The notes: generated by a model from the sequence alone, not told the origin. A DNA stretch of 36,676 nucleotides from an uncultured Muribaculaceae bacterium (GCA_964652065.1 CAZYZU010000002.1:1-36676); one strand, 5' to 3'; shown: positions 1 to 9,536, counted from the first letter of the stretch. Numbers and translations: made by a program.

Positions 1-110
1 ATGGTTGTTTGTAAATTGACTAAATGATAAAAATATGGTACTATGTTTATACATCAATTTAGAAATTACATTAAGAAATTGTATTTATACAATGAATGAG
101 GTGAATTAAT

Positions 111-803
111 TTGATAAAAGCAAAGATTGTTAGTGCAACAACTGCAGTACTTGGTACTATTATGATTGTTATGACACTAGTATTACAAGATAATGCTTCT
201 AGTACAAAATTAATAAATAATGAAACTAATAAAATAAATGTTATAAATATGTCTTCTTCTAATCGTGTTGTAGAGACAAAGATTGAAGATAATTCGCAAA
301 CTACAGTATCTAATAATGATATAGCTGTACAAGAATTATCTATGGAACAAGCTCCTCAAGCTGAATACATTCCTCCTCGTATTGAAGTATATGAAGGAAT
401 GACAATTGAGGAATTGGCTGAAAAGCTTAATAGAAGTTTAGGTTCTGGATATATTGCTGGTAAGGGTAGTGTAATTGCTACTAAGTGTATTGAACTTGGT
501 GTTGATCCTTATGTTGCTACTGCTATTATGTTACATGAAACTGGATGTAAATATAATTGTAGTAAATTAGCAAGAACTTGTAACAATGTAGGTGGGCAAA
601 AAGGTGCACCTGGTTGTAATGGTGGAAGTTATAAAGCTTATGCTACTATTGATGATGGAATAGTTGGTCATATAGAAAATTTATATAATAGATATTATTC
701 TAGGGGATATAATACAGTTGAGTCTATTGGTCCAAGATATGCTGAAAGTAATACTTGGGTATCAAAGATTAATTGGTATGTCAATTTAATAAGAGCTAGT
801 TAG
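111..803 (+). CDS. membrane-anchored cell-wall hydrolase with C-terminal glucosaminidase (LytD/FlgJ-type) domain
   Basis: 230-aa ORF with a TTG start just after GAGGTG. N-terminal TM helix. C-terminal block AIMLHETGCKYNCSKLARTCNNVGGQKG resembles the glucosaminidase active-site region. Hairpin plus T-run (794..819) follows the stop. Confidence 0.6.
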   Translation: MIKAKIVSATTAVLGTIMIVMTLVLQDNASSTKLINNETNKINVINMSSSNRVVETKIEDNSQTTVSNNDIAVQELSMEQAPQAEYIPPRIEVYEGMTIEELAEKLNRSLGSGYIAGKGSVIATKCIELGVDPYVATAIMLHETGCKYNCSKLARTCNNVGGQKGAPGCNGGSYKAYATIDDGIVGHIENLYNRYYSRGYNTVESIGPRYAESNTWVSKINWYVNLIRAS

Positions 804-896
804 TTACTAGCTTTTTTTGTTAACTTTACATTTATATTTTAATTAAATATTTATTATTAACATTTTTTATGATAAAGTTTAGTTAGGTGAGAAAAG

Positions 897-2000
897 ATGA
901 AAAAAATTATAAGTATTTTAATGTTAACAATTTTTAATTTAGTACTTATTGTTTCTACATGTTTCTTTATTATTAAACCAGGTTATAATATAATTAATGA
1001 TAGTACAAAAATGAAAGTATTAAGTACAGAAGAAGTTCAAAATGAAAAGGATAAAATTAATAATAAATATATTTCATTAAGTGATAAATTAGATGCTAAG
1101 TACATTAATTTAGGAAATGAAATAAGTAATAAATATATACAAAAGAAGCAGGAATTGGAAGAAAAATACAGTAAGTTAGAAAATGAAATAAATGCTAAAT
1201 ATACTAAAAAAATGAGTGATGATGGCTGGTATGAAGAACAACAGCAAAAAAACTCTGATATTAAAAAAAATGTTACTGATCCTAAATATGCAGAAGAAAG
1301 TAAATTGGTTTTTAATGAATTTGATGAAAAAAATAATTTAGATGATAAAAAAGATAAAGAAAAAAACAATTTAATGATTAAGAAAAATTCTGAACTATCT
1401 AATATTAGTACGGAAAGTTCTAAAAAAACTCTGAAATTAATTAAGGGAATAGTAATATGTTTTATAGGATTTTTTATCATAATGGGATTGCTTTCTAAAA
1501 TTGTTTCTATATTTAATAAGCTTATTTCTAGTAAAAATAAAGTTGGAGAAAGTTGGGCTCAGGTAGAAGTCCAATTAAAGAAAAGATATGATTTAATACC
1601 AAATATAGTTGAAGTTGTTAAAGGGTATACAAAACATGAAAATAAAACTTTAACTTCAGTTGTTGAAATGAGAAATAAAGCTAATGATACTAATGATATT
1701 AATAAAGAAATAGAATTAAATACTGATATTAATAATTCATTACAAAAAATTGTTGCTTTACAAGAAGATTATCCTGATTTAAAAGCAGATAAGAGTTATT
1801 TATCATTACAAAATGATTTGAATGAAATAGAAGATGAAATTGCTACTGCAAGAAGTATTTATAATAATTCTGTTCTTAATTATAAAAATATAAAAGAAAC
1901 TTTTCCAAATAATTTATTTACAAATATATTCAATTTTAATGATTCTTCTTATTTTGAAATAAATGACGAAGATAAGAAAAATGTTAAGGTTGAATTATAA
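897..2000 (+). CDS. LemA family protein with long N-terminal K/E/N-rich coiled-coil extension
   Basis: 367-aa ORF. After an internal TM helix, the C-terminal ~170 aa (GESWAQVEVQLKKRYDLIPNIVEVVKGY...YPDLKADKSYLSLQNDL..ARSIYNNSVLNYKN) matches the LemA signature. Confidence 0.8.
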   Translation: MKKIISILMLTIFNLVLIVSTCFFIIKPGYNIINDSTKMKVLSTEEVQNEKDKINNKYISLSDKLDAKYINLGNEISNKYIQKKQELEEKYSKLENEINAKYTKKMSDDGWYEEQQQKNSDIKKNVTDPKYAEESKLVFNEFDEKNNLDDKKDKEKNNLMIKKNSELSNISTESSKKTLKLIKGIVICFIGFFIIMGLLSKIVSIFNKLISSKNKVGESWAQVEVQLKKRYDLIPNIVEVVKGYTKHENKTLTSVVEMRNKANDTNDINKEIELNTDINNSLQKIVALQEDYPDLKADKSYLSLQNDLNEIEDEIATARSIYNNSVLNYKNIKETFPNNLFTNIFNFNDSSYFEINDEDKKNVKVEL

Positions 2001-2008
2001 AAATATTT

Positions 2009-2037
2009 AGAACTAATTTTTTAGTTCTTTTATTTTT
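2009..2037 (+). terminator. intrinsic terminator after LemA gene
   Basis: AGAACTAA-TTTT-TTAGTTCT hairpin followed by a T-rich run. Confidence 0.65.
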
Positions 2038-2063
2038 AATTAATCATAGAATATAGTGTAAAC

Positions 2064-2092
2064 TTGACACATTTTAATTTTTTTGGTATAAT
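2064..2092 (+). promoter_or_regulatory. consensus SigA-type promoter driving the 2.1-2.7 kb non-coding region
   Basis: TTGACA (2064-2069), 17-nt spacer, TGgTATAAT extended -10 (2084-2092). Confidence 0.7.
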
Positions 2093-2099
2093 TAACTTG

Positions 2100-2690
2100 T
2101 AATTGATGGCACACTATTCTAGTCAATTACTTTATTATGAAGACGGGATTAAACAACCGTTAAAGAGCATATCTGTGAAACTTTTGGTGTTTGCTTCTTA
2201 CGCCCAGTTTGGGGTGGATGCTGAGAGGATAAGGATTTTGGGCGCTCGTAATGGCATACGACAAACGACCCAACTTCCGTGGAGACCCATACTTGTGGTA
2301 AGCCTATACGTAATTTACTGACGGACTTATTACGATGTGGATTAGAACCTATATTGTGGCGAAAGCTATGTATAGTGTAGCTTGTCTTGCGTGAGAATAT
2401 TGGGATTAATGATCTTTGCAGTTATATTGGCCAATATAATTGGAATTGCATTATGAAATTATTTTTGCAAAAAAGAACTAATAATAAAGATGGGTGGGGA
2501 AATCTCCTAGAGTGTACCGGATATAGGATTGCAGTGGACACTAAGTGGTAATCAAGTCATACGCCTCGGAAACGACGTATTAGTTTCTTTAAAGGGGAAC
2601 CACATATTTGGTAACGAATATGTAGAAACTAGGGAAATCCTACTTGACCTAAGGTTCAAAGTTTACTATATCTAAAGCCATTAATTTTTT
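2100..2690 (+). ncRNA. large structured ncRNA candidate (~590 nt), OLE-RNA-like by size and context
   Basis: Clearly more GC-rich than its flanks. The only ORF (2103..2321) has no RBS. The 5' AATTGATGGC (2101-2110) can pair with the 3' GCCATTAATT (2676-2685), which is followed by a T-run. Many local hairpins, including two GAAA-tetraloop hairpins (GGC-GAAA-GCT near 2358; TCG-GAAA-CGA near 2567). Followed by a small 4-TM protein gene. Confidence 0.5.
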
Positions 2691-2762
2691 TTTGTAATAA
2701 TTTATCTATTTTATGATAAAATTGTAGTAATAGATTTATATATATTAAAAGTGAGGATTATA

Positions 2763-3368
2763 ATGAAAATAAATAAAAAAGAAGTGGAAGATGAATTAAA
2801 AAATCTAAAGGTTCAAACTAGAAGAAAAGAAAAAATTAAAAAAGAGTTAGTAGATAAAAAATGGATTATTACTATTTTAGTAATTTCTTTTGCAATAAGT
2901 TTTTCATTATCGTTTATATCTGAAATGACTGTTCCTAAGTTTAGTTTAGTTATTGGATTAATTGTAACTTTACTATTTATATTTTTAGGTATTTTATTCG
3001 ATATAATTGGTGTTAGTGTTACTGCTGCTGATGAGAAAGTATTTCATTCAATGAATTCTAGAAAAGTACGTGGAGCAGATGTTGCAGTATTATTTAAAAA
3101 AAATTGTGATAAGGTATCAAGTTTTTGTTGTGATGTTATAGGTGATATTTGTGGAGTTATATCAGGATCTACTGCGGTTACTATTTCACTGTTAATATCA
3201 AAAAGTTTAAATTCAAATCTTTTATTAACAACTCTTATTGTAACGGGATTTATTTCTTCCTTAACAATTGGAGGTAAAGCAATAGGAAAAAGTTTTGCGA
3301 TAAATAAAAGTGATATTATTCTTTATGAGTTTTCAAAAACAATTTCTCATTTTTATAAATGTAAGTAG
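2763..3368 (+). CDS. small 4-TM membrane protein with basic N-terminus and DxxxD motif (OapA-like candidate)
   Basis: ATG at 2763 lies 5 nt after GTGAGGA. K/R-rich N-terminal ~35 aa, four predicted TM helices, motif CCDVIGDICGVISG. Terminator hairpin at 3367..3385. Confidence 0.45.
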   Translation: MKINKKEVEDELKNLKVQTRRKEKIKKELVDKKWIITILVISFAISFSLSFISEMTVPKFSLVIGLIVTLLFIFLGILFDIIGVSVTAADEKVFHSMNSRKVRGADVAVLFKKNCDKVSSFCCDVIGDICGVISGSTAVTISLLISKSLNSNLLLTTLIVTGFISSLTIGGKAIGKSFAINKSDIILYEFSKTISHFYKCK

Positions 3369-3485
3369 AGCTAAGGCTCTTTTTCTTTACTTTTTCCTTA
3401 TTTTGTGGTATAATTTACGAACAAAAGGAGGGGTAATATTGTATTTTATATTGATGGTAAAAAAGTTAGATATAATCCTTACAAT

Positions 3486-4829
3486 ATGAAAAAAGATATT
3501 AAAATAGGTGAAGGTAATGAAACTGAAGCTTATAAAATAGATAATGATGTTGTTAAATTTTATAAAGCATATTGTCAAAAGCTTAGACTTACTAAAAAAG
3601 TGTGTGATGCTTTATCTAAAATAGATACTAAAAGAATATTACTTCCTTGTAATACATTACTAGATAAGAAACATAAAATTAAAGGTTATACTATGAAATA
3701 TATTGATAATTTAGGAGAAGATAGTTTTTATAAGTTATCTAGAAAAGATTTATCTAAAGAAATGTCTTTAGTTGAGAATGATTTAATTAAATTAAGTGAT
3801 AATGGTGTTTTAATTAATGATTTACATCAAGGTAATACAATTTATAATAATGGTATTTATTTAATTGATCCTGGTAGTTATAAAATGAGTGAAGAAGATA
3901 AAAAAGAGTCTATTAAAACATATGGTATAAATTTAGATATGATTAATGAGTATTTAATTAATGAAGTAATAAAAAATTGTGCATTAAAAATTTGTAAAAA
4001 GAATGTTCAAGCGTTCGCTGTTACAAAAAAATTACAAAATGATATATATTCAAAAAGTGAAAATCCATTATATTATTTTATGGAAGATATGCAATATAAA
4101 GATATTGATGAATTAGTTATTGATTTAAGTGAAAGTCTTAAATTTAGTGTTTCAATAAATAGAAAAAAAATTAATCTTAATAAAAAGGAAATTAGTAAGT
4201 TATATAAAACAGATGATAAGGAAATATATAGTTATAAGGATAATGATGAAGATAAACTTTTATATGTATATAAAACTTCAAGAACACCTTTAAAACTAAA
4301 ACAAAAAGATTTAGATAAATTAAAAGATATTGATACTAAGAGATTTTTACTTCCAATTGATAATGTTAATGTTTCAAAAGAAGAATATTTAGGATTTACT
4401 ATCCTACAAAAAAAAGATTATGAGTATTTATTTAATGAAATAGATGGTAAAACTTTAAATAAGGAATTATCTTTGTTAAAAGAGGATGTTTTACTTTTAT
4501 CTGAAAATGGTTTTTATATTGGTGATATTGATAGAGATAGTATGATTTATGATGGGGCTATATATATTAAAAATGTTGAAGAGATTGAAAATAGTAGTGA
4601 TGAAAATTTAATTGATAAAAATATGGATAAATTAAATCAATTTATTATAAATGATATTATAAAAGAAGAATTATATGAATTTGCTAGTTCTAAAGATATA
4701 AGTAAGGTACTTTCATTTTTAAATAGTAGTAATGATTATTTTATAGGAGATACTATAAAGAATGAAATAGAAGAAAGTGAAAATTTAAAGGGTTGTGTTA
4801 AGAAGTTAATTATTAATAGAGGCAAGTAA
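3486..4829 (+). CDS. tandem protein-kinase-like (APH/CotS-type fold) protein; second copy degenerate
   Basis: Internal duplication: DTKRILLPCN...VLINDLHQGNTIYNNGIYLIDPGSY versus DTKRFLLPID...FYIGDIDRDSMIYDGAIYIKNVEEI. The true start is uncertain (see findings). Confidence 0.5.
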   Translation: MKKDIKIGEGNETEAYKIDNDVVKFYKAYCQKLRLTKKVCDALSKIDTKRILLPCNTLLDKKHKIKGYTMKYIDNLGEDSFYKLSRKDLSKEMSLVENDLIKLSDNGVLINDLHQGNTIYNNGIYLIDPGSYKMSEEDKKESIKTYGINLDMINEYLINEVIKNCALKICKKNVQAFAVTKKLQNDIYSKSENPLYYFMEDMQYKDIDELVIDLSESLKFSVSINRKKINLNKKEISKLYKTDDKEIYSYKDNDEDKLLYVYKTSRTPLKLKQKDLDKLKDIDTKRFLLPIDNVNVSKEEYLGFTILQKKDYEYLFNEIDGKTLNKELSLLKEDVLLLSENGFYIGDIDRDSMIYDGAIYIKNVEEIENSSDENLIDKNMDKLNQFIINDIIKEELYEFASSKDISKVLSFLNSSNDYFIGDTIKNEIEESENLKGCVKKLIINRGK

Positions 4830-4885
4830 AACTTGTCTTTTTTAGTGTTTTATAGTAAAATCTAATATAGTTTTGAGGTGGAAAT

Positions 4886-6475
4886 ATGTTACAAGTAAAT
4901 AATGTTAGTTTAAAGTTTGGAAAAAGAACTTTATTTGAAGATGTTAATATTAAATTTAGTAATGGTAATTGTTATGGATTAATTGGAGCTAATGGTTCTG
5001 GTAAATCAACTTTTTTAAAAATTTTATCTGGAGAAATTGAAACAACTACAGGTGAGGTTACTATGTCTAAGGGAGAACGTCTTTCAATATTAAAGCAAGA
5101 TCATTATCAATATGATGATATGAAAGTAATAGATGTTGTTATTATGGGTAATGAACGTCTTTATAAAATAATGGAAGAAAAAAATGAATTATATTCTCAT
5201 ACAGAGTTTAGTGAAGCGGATGGAATGCGTCTTGCTAATTTAGAAGCTGAATTTATGGATTTAGATGGTTGGAATGCTGAAGCTGATGCAGCAACTCTTT
5301 TAAATAATTTAGGAGTTAATAGTGATATTCATTATTCTTTAATGAAGGATATTCCTGTAAAGGATAGAGTAAAAGTATTATTAGCAGGGGCTTTATTTGG
5401 GGATCCTGATGTCTTACTTTTAGATGAGCCTACAAACAGTTTAGATATAGAAGCTATTAAATGGTTAGAAGAATTTTTAATTAATTTTAATAATACAGTT
5501 ATTGTAGTTTCTCATGATAGACATTTTTTAAATGATGTTTGTACTCATATTGCTGATATTGATTATAGTAAAATTAAACTTTATGTTGGTAATTATGATT
5601 TCTGGTATGAATCAAGTGAACTTTTACAAAGACAAATGAAGGAATCTAATAAGAAAAAAGAAGATAAGATAAAAGAATTACAATCGTTTATCGCAAGATT
5701 CTCAGCAAATGCATCTAAATCTAAACAAGCTACTTCTCGTAAAAAAATGTTAGAAAAAATTGAACTTGATGATATTGTTCCTTCTTCTAGGAAATATCCA
5801 TATATAGATTTTAAAATAGAAAAACCTGCTGGAAAAGAAATATTAAAAGTTACTAGTTTAACTAAAGAGATTGATGGTAAAAAAATATTTAATAAGATAT
5901 CGTTTAGTATTTTAAAAGGTGATAAGATTGCTGTTATTGCACATGATGATTATGTTAAAACTGCACTTTTCAACATATTAAGTGGAAAAGATAAAGACTA
6001 TAAAGGTATGATTGAATGGGGTAAAACAATTAACTATGGTTATTTACCACAGGATAATACAGATTATTTTAATACTAGTAAAAATATTATGGAATGGATT
6101 GGACAATTTTATAATATTAAAGATGAAACTATTCTTAGGGGATTTTTAGGTAGAATGTTATTTTCTGGAGAAGATGTTTTCAAAAAAGTAAATGTATTAT
6201 CTGGAGGAGAAAAAGCTCGTTGTATGCTATCTAAAATGATGTTAGAAGAGCCTAATTTCTTAATGTTAGATGAACCTACAAACCATTTAGATCTTGAAAG
6301 TATTACATCTTTAAATAAGGGATTAGAAAAATTTAGTGGAGAAGTTATTTTTACTACACGTGATTATGAACTAAATTCAACTGTCGCTAATAGAGTTATT
6401 GAAATATTAGAAGATGGTTCTATTATAGATAGAAGTATTCCATATGAAGAGTTTTTAGAAAAGGAAAAAAAATGA
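4886..6475 (+). CDS. ABC-F family ATPase (YbiT-like), two NBDs and no TM domain
   Basis: NBD1 Walker A GANGSGKST. K/E-rich linker QRQMKESNKKKEDKIKEL. NBD2 signature LSGGEKARC and Walker B LMLDEPTNHLD. Confidence 0.9.
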   Translation: MLQVNNVSLKFGKRTLFEDVNIKFSNGNCYGLIGANGSGKSTFLKILSGEIETTTGEVTMSKGERLSILKQDHYQYDDMKVIDVVIMGNERLYKIMEEKNELYSHTEFSEADGMRLANLEAEFMDLDGWNAEADAATLLNNLGVNSDIHYSLMKDIPVKDRVKVLLAGALFGDPDVLLLDEPTNSLDIEAIKWLEEFLINFNNTVIVVSHDRHFLNDVCTHIADIDYSKIKLYVGNYDFWYESSELLQRQMKESNKKKEDKIKELQSFIARFSANASKSKQATSRKKMLEKIELDDIVPSSRKYPYIDFKIEKPAGKEILKVTSLTKEIDGKKIFNKISFSILKGDKIAVIAHDDYVKTALFNILSGKDKDYKGMIEWGKTINYGYLPQDNTDYFNTSKNIMEWIGQFYNIKDETILRGFLGRMLFSGEDVFKKVNVLSGGEKARCMLSKMMLEEPNFLMLDEPTNHLDLESITSLNKGLEKFSGEVIFTTRDYELNSTVANRVIEILEDGSIIDRSIPYEEFLEKEKK

Positions 6476-6560
6476 ATTAAAAAGTTATAATATAAATAAA
6501 AGAGATTTTTGTTTAAAAATAATCTCTTTTATGTTATCTTTATAATAGGTGGTGTTTAAT

Positions 6561-7526
6561 ATGTATTGTCCTAGATGTAATAAAGAGGTAGATAGTAATA
6601 GTGGTGTATTTTGTAATATATGTGGGTCTAGACTTGTAAGTGATATTCCAAAAGTACAAGATATAAAAAATAATAATGTAATTAATAAACAGGAATTAGA
6701 GAAATGTTTTATTGGTTATAATTATGATAAATTGAAATCTAGAAAATTTTCGATTCCATATTTCTTTTTTGGTGGTTATTATGCTTTATATCGTAAGATG
6801 TATTTATTAGGAATCGCTGTTTTTGCATTAAATATTTTATTGTTATTTTTAATTCCTAATATTTCATCAATAATTATGTTTATTTTAAATATAGTAATTT
6901 GTTTTGCATTTAATAAATTGTATTTTAAACATGTTGATCAATTAATAGATAATATAATTGATAAAAATAAAGATAATTTTGAATCATCTCTTTCAAAAGT
7001 TTGTACAGCTGAGGGTGGAACTAATATGATTGTTGTTATTATAGCAGTTCTTTTAATGGGAATTCTTTCATATGTTAAAATGGCTCCACAATTAGAAAAT
7101 ATTGGCTTGGAAGCAGTTGCTGTTGAAGATTATAAAAACTTATCTATTAGTCATCCAGCTGAGTTTAAAAAGAATGTAAACGAATCTACTTTAAAAGTTT
7201 CTTATGTTTATGAAACAAATAAGGATTTATGTAATTACAGTATAGAAACTATTAGTTCAACGACTACAGCATATAAATATTTAACTACAAAAGAAGATTA
7301 TACTGCTAAAGATACTAAAAATCCTGTAAGCAAAGTTAATATAAATAAAAATGAATGGGATTTATTAACTGTTAATACTAGTAGTGGTTCATTAATTTAT
7401 GATTATGCTATTATTTATAATCATGATTTATATGATGTTTCTTTTAGAATTTATAGGGATACAGGAGTTTGTACTGATTTAAAAGATAAATTAATTAAGT
7501 CAATGACATTAAAAAAGACTAAGTAA
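6561..7526 (+). CDS. zinc-ribbon membrane protein (CxxC...CxxC N-terminus, 3-4 TM, extracellular C-terminal domain)
   Basis: ATG at 6561 lies 6 nt after TAGGTGGTG. MYCPRCNKE..FCNICGS zinc ribbon, followed by hydrophobic helices. Confidence 0.6.
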   Translation: MYCPRCNKEVDSNSGVFCNICGSRLVSDIPKVQDIKNNNVINKQELEKCFIGYNYDKLKSRKFSIPYFFFGGYYALYRKMYLLGIAVFALNILLLFLIPNISSIIMFILNIVICFAFNKLYFKHVDQLIDNIIDKNKDNFESSLSKVCTAEGGTNMIVVIIAVLLMGILSYVKMAPQLENIGLEAVAVEDYKNLSISHPAEFKKNVNESTLKVSYVYETNKDLCNYSIETISSTTTAYKYLTTKEDYTAKDTKNPVSKVNINKNEWDLLTVNTSSGSLIYDYAIIYNHDLYDVSFRIYRDTGVCTDLKDKLIKSMTLKKTK

Positions 7527-7538
7527 TATTAGTCTTTT
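7513..7538. terminator. bidirectional hairpin between convergent genes
   Basis: AAAAGACTA / TAGTCTTTT 9-bp stem with an 8-nt loop. Confidence 0.55.
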
Positions 7539-8475
7539 AATTTGGTTGTCCATTTGGACATCTATTTCCCCAACTATCAATTGTTTCATTATCTTTTTTG
7601 ACGAGTATTATTTCACAATTATTAGGACATTTATTACAAAAATTAGAAGTTGTTTTATAATTATAATCTATTATATTGAAATCAAAATCAATTTCTTTTT
7701 CTTTTTTTGATAATATGGCTACACCTAAAGCACCCATTAAATGCCCATTTTCATCTGTTATTATATTGGTATTAAGTATTTCTTCAAAAGCTTTTTTTAC
7801 ACCGATATTTTTTGATACTCCTCCTTGAAATATGATTGGTTCTTTAATTTTTTTTCCTTTAGCAACATTATTTAAATAGTTTAGTGCAACACTTTTACAA
7901 AGACCGGCAACAATATCATTTTTATTATATCCCATTTGTGCTTTATGAACTAAATCACTTTCGGCAAAAACTGTGCATCTTGCTGCAATAGGAGTTGGAT
8001 TTTTACTTGTTAAGGCAATATTGCCAAAATCTTCTACATTAATACCAAGTCGTTTTGCTTGACTTGATAAAAAAGCTCCTGTTCCAGCGGCACAAAGACT
8101 GTTCATTGCATAATCTGTGACGATTTTATCTTCAATTAATATTATTTTAGAATCTTGTCCTCCAATTTCAATGATAGTTTTAATATCTTTATAAATTGAT
8201 AATGTACCAATAGCATGAGCTGTTATTTCATTTTTTATGATATTTGCATTTAATATAGAACCGATTAATTTTCTGGCTGAACCAGTTGTACCAACTCCTT
8301 TAATTTTAATAGTACTATCTAAATTATTTCTAAAATATTCAATAATTTTTTCTACTGCATTAATTGGATTACCTTCTGTCCAAATATATTTACTAAGTAA
8401 GATATTATTATCTTTATCGATTATTACCCCTTTAGTAGAAATTGATCCAATATCTATTCCTAAATATGCTTTCAT
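7537..8475 (-). CDS. BadF/BadG/BcrA/BcrD-type ATPase (CoA-substrate-specific enzyme activase) with Cys-rich C-terminal tail
   Basis: MKAYLGIDIGSISTKGVIID, GTTGSARK, EIGGQDSKII, CAAGTGAF: ASKHA-fold activase motifs. C-terminal CNKCPNNC...CPNG. Confidence 0.85.
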   Translation of the reverse strand: MKAYLGIDIGSISTKGVIIDKDNNILLSKYIWTEGNPINAVEKIIEYFRNNLDSTIKIKGVGTTGSARKLIGSILNANIIKNEITAHAIGTLSIYKDIKTIIEIGGQDSKIILIEDKIVTDYAMNSLCAAGTGAFLSSQAKRLGINVEDFGNIALTSKNPTPIAARCTVFAESDLVHKAQMGYNKNDIVAGLCKSVALNYLNNVAKGKKIKEPIIFQGGVSKNIGVKKAFEEILNTNIITDENGHLMGALGVAILSKKEKEIDFDFNIIDYNYKTTSNFCNKCPNNCEIILVKKDNETIDSWGNRCPNGQPN

Positions 8476-9536
8476 TTATTCTCCTTTCTATATTTTATTA
8501 AATCGTAAAATGCTTCTAGTATTGTCATTATTCCTTCATTAGATGTTTCACAGTCATATGAAAAAAATATAATGGGAATTTTCTTTTCAATTGCAACTTT
8601 TTTTATAATAGGTATAGCACCAACTTCTGGGGTACAACCAAAAGGTTTTGTATGAATAATTCCATCATATTTCTTAGATAATTTAATAGTTCTATAAACA
8701 TTATCTAATCCATCTGCTCCTAATGTGTATTTACAGTATTTTTTAGTATTTTTTAACATATGTTTTGTAATTAATCTTTTTTTCCATAAAAGGTATGATA
8801 GGTCTGTATATCTTTTTATTTCTATATTCATTTTAGCAAGTTCTTCTTCTAAAAAATATGAAGAAAATGGTTCCATTGAGGTATATAATTCTCCGATTAT
8901 TCCTACTTTTATGGGATGCTTTGGTTTATTAATTTTAATTTTTTTGAATTTTATTTTATATTTAAAGTAGGTAAAAGTTAATGTAGTTAGATGATTACAA
9001 TTAGAAAACGCTTTTAACATTTTATTTTGAAGAGATTTAAAACTATTTTTCTTTTCTTCAAAACCAATTCTTTTTCTGATTATAATATCTATTTTATCCA
9101 TATAATAAATAAAGAAAAAGGTAATTATAAAAGTATGGATAAATTTATAAAATGACAGGTGTTTATTTAAATCTTTAAAAATTTTATATATTTCAAAAAC
9201 ATGTAATCTATCTTTTGAAATGAGCTTTATAAATTTAAAATTATATCCTAAATCTTTTAAAATTTGCTCTTGTACTTCTGCGTAATATCTATATCTACAT
9301 CCACCTCCAGCTTGTACTAATATAGTTGTACCTTTATTAAGTGATTCTATAAAATTACCTAAGTTATATTTAAACGGAATACAGACGTCATTAGGTGAAT
9401 ATTTAGAACCTAATTCTAAGGTTTTTTTTGTAATAGGAGGGGCTTCAATTACTTCTAAATTTGTTAATTTCTTTAAAAGATATTTTACTGGTATAAAATA
9501 GTTACCAATATGAGGAAAACTAATTATTTCTTTCAT
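8472..9536 (-). CDS. 2-hydroxyacyl-CoA dehydratase-like / activase-associated subunit
   Basis: Overlaps both neighbours by a few nt (operon). Resembles the uncharacterised C-terminal halves of fused activase proteins. Assignment rests mainly on context. Confidence 0.5.
   Translation of the reverse strand: MKEIISFPHIGNYFIPVKYLLKKLTNLEVIEAPPITKKTLELGSKYSPNDVCIPFKYNLGNFIESLNKGTTILVQAGGGCRYRYYAEVQEQILKDLGYNFKFIKLISKDRLHVFEIYKIFKDLNKHLSFYKFIHTFIITFFFIYYMDKIDIIIRKRIGFEEKKNSFKSLQNKMLKAFSNCNHLTTLTFTYFKYKIKFKKIKINKPKHPIKVGIIGELYTSMEPFSSYFLEEELAKMNIEIKRYTDLSYLLWKKRLITKHMLKNTKKYCKYTLGADGLDNVYRTIKLSKKYDGIIHTKPFGCTPEVGAIPIIKKVAIEKKIPIIFFSYDCETSNEGIMTILEAFYDLIKYRKENK

Noticed and set aside
1037-1480. 147-aa minus-strand ORF inside the LemA gene
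   Set aside because: It is antisense to a well-supported gene and has a low-complexity F/L/S composition typical of the reverse frame of K/E/N-rich coding DNA. The same reasoning rejects 3387..3578, 8237..8542, 8725..8970, 10176..10376, 11102..11386, 15756..15956, 17366..17548, 21510..21776, 22690..22887, 25228..25443, 25592..25792, 28789..29058, 30637..30825, 30794..30979, 31134..31331 and 32957..33274.
2103-2321. 72-aa ORF at the start of the 2.1-2.7 kb region
   Set aside because: It has no RBS, its composition is unlike that of neighbouring genes, and it lies inside a hairpin-rich GC-enriched segment. A non-coding RNA explains it better.
2100-2690. Possibility that the structured region is RNase P RNA, tmRNA or a group II intron
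   Set aside because: There is no GAGGAAAGTCC P4 motif, no tRNA-like GGGG...TCCACCA ends or tag ORF, and no intron-encoded protein or domain-V-like end that I could recognise. The size and the downstream membrane-protein gene fit OLE better.
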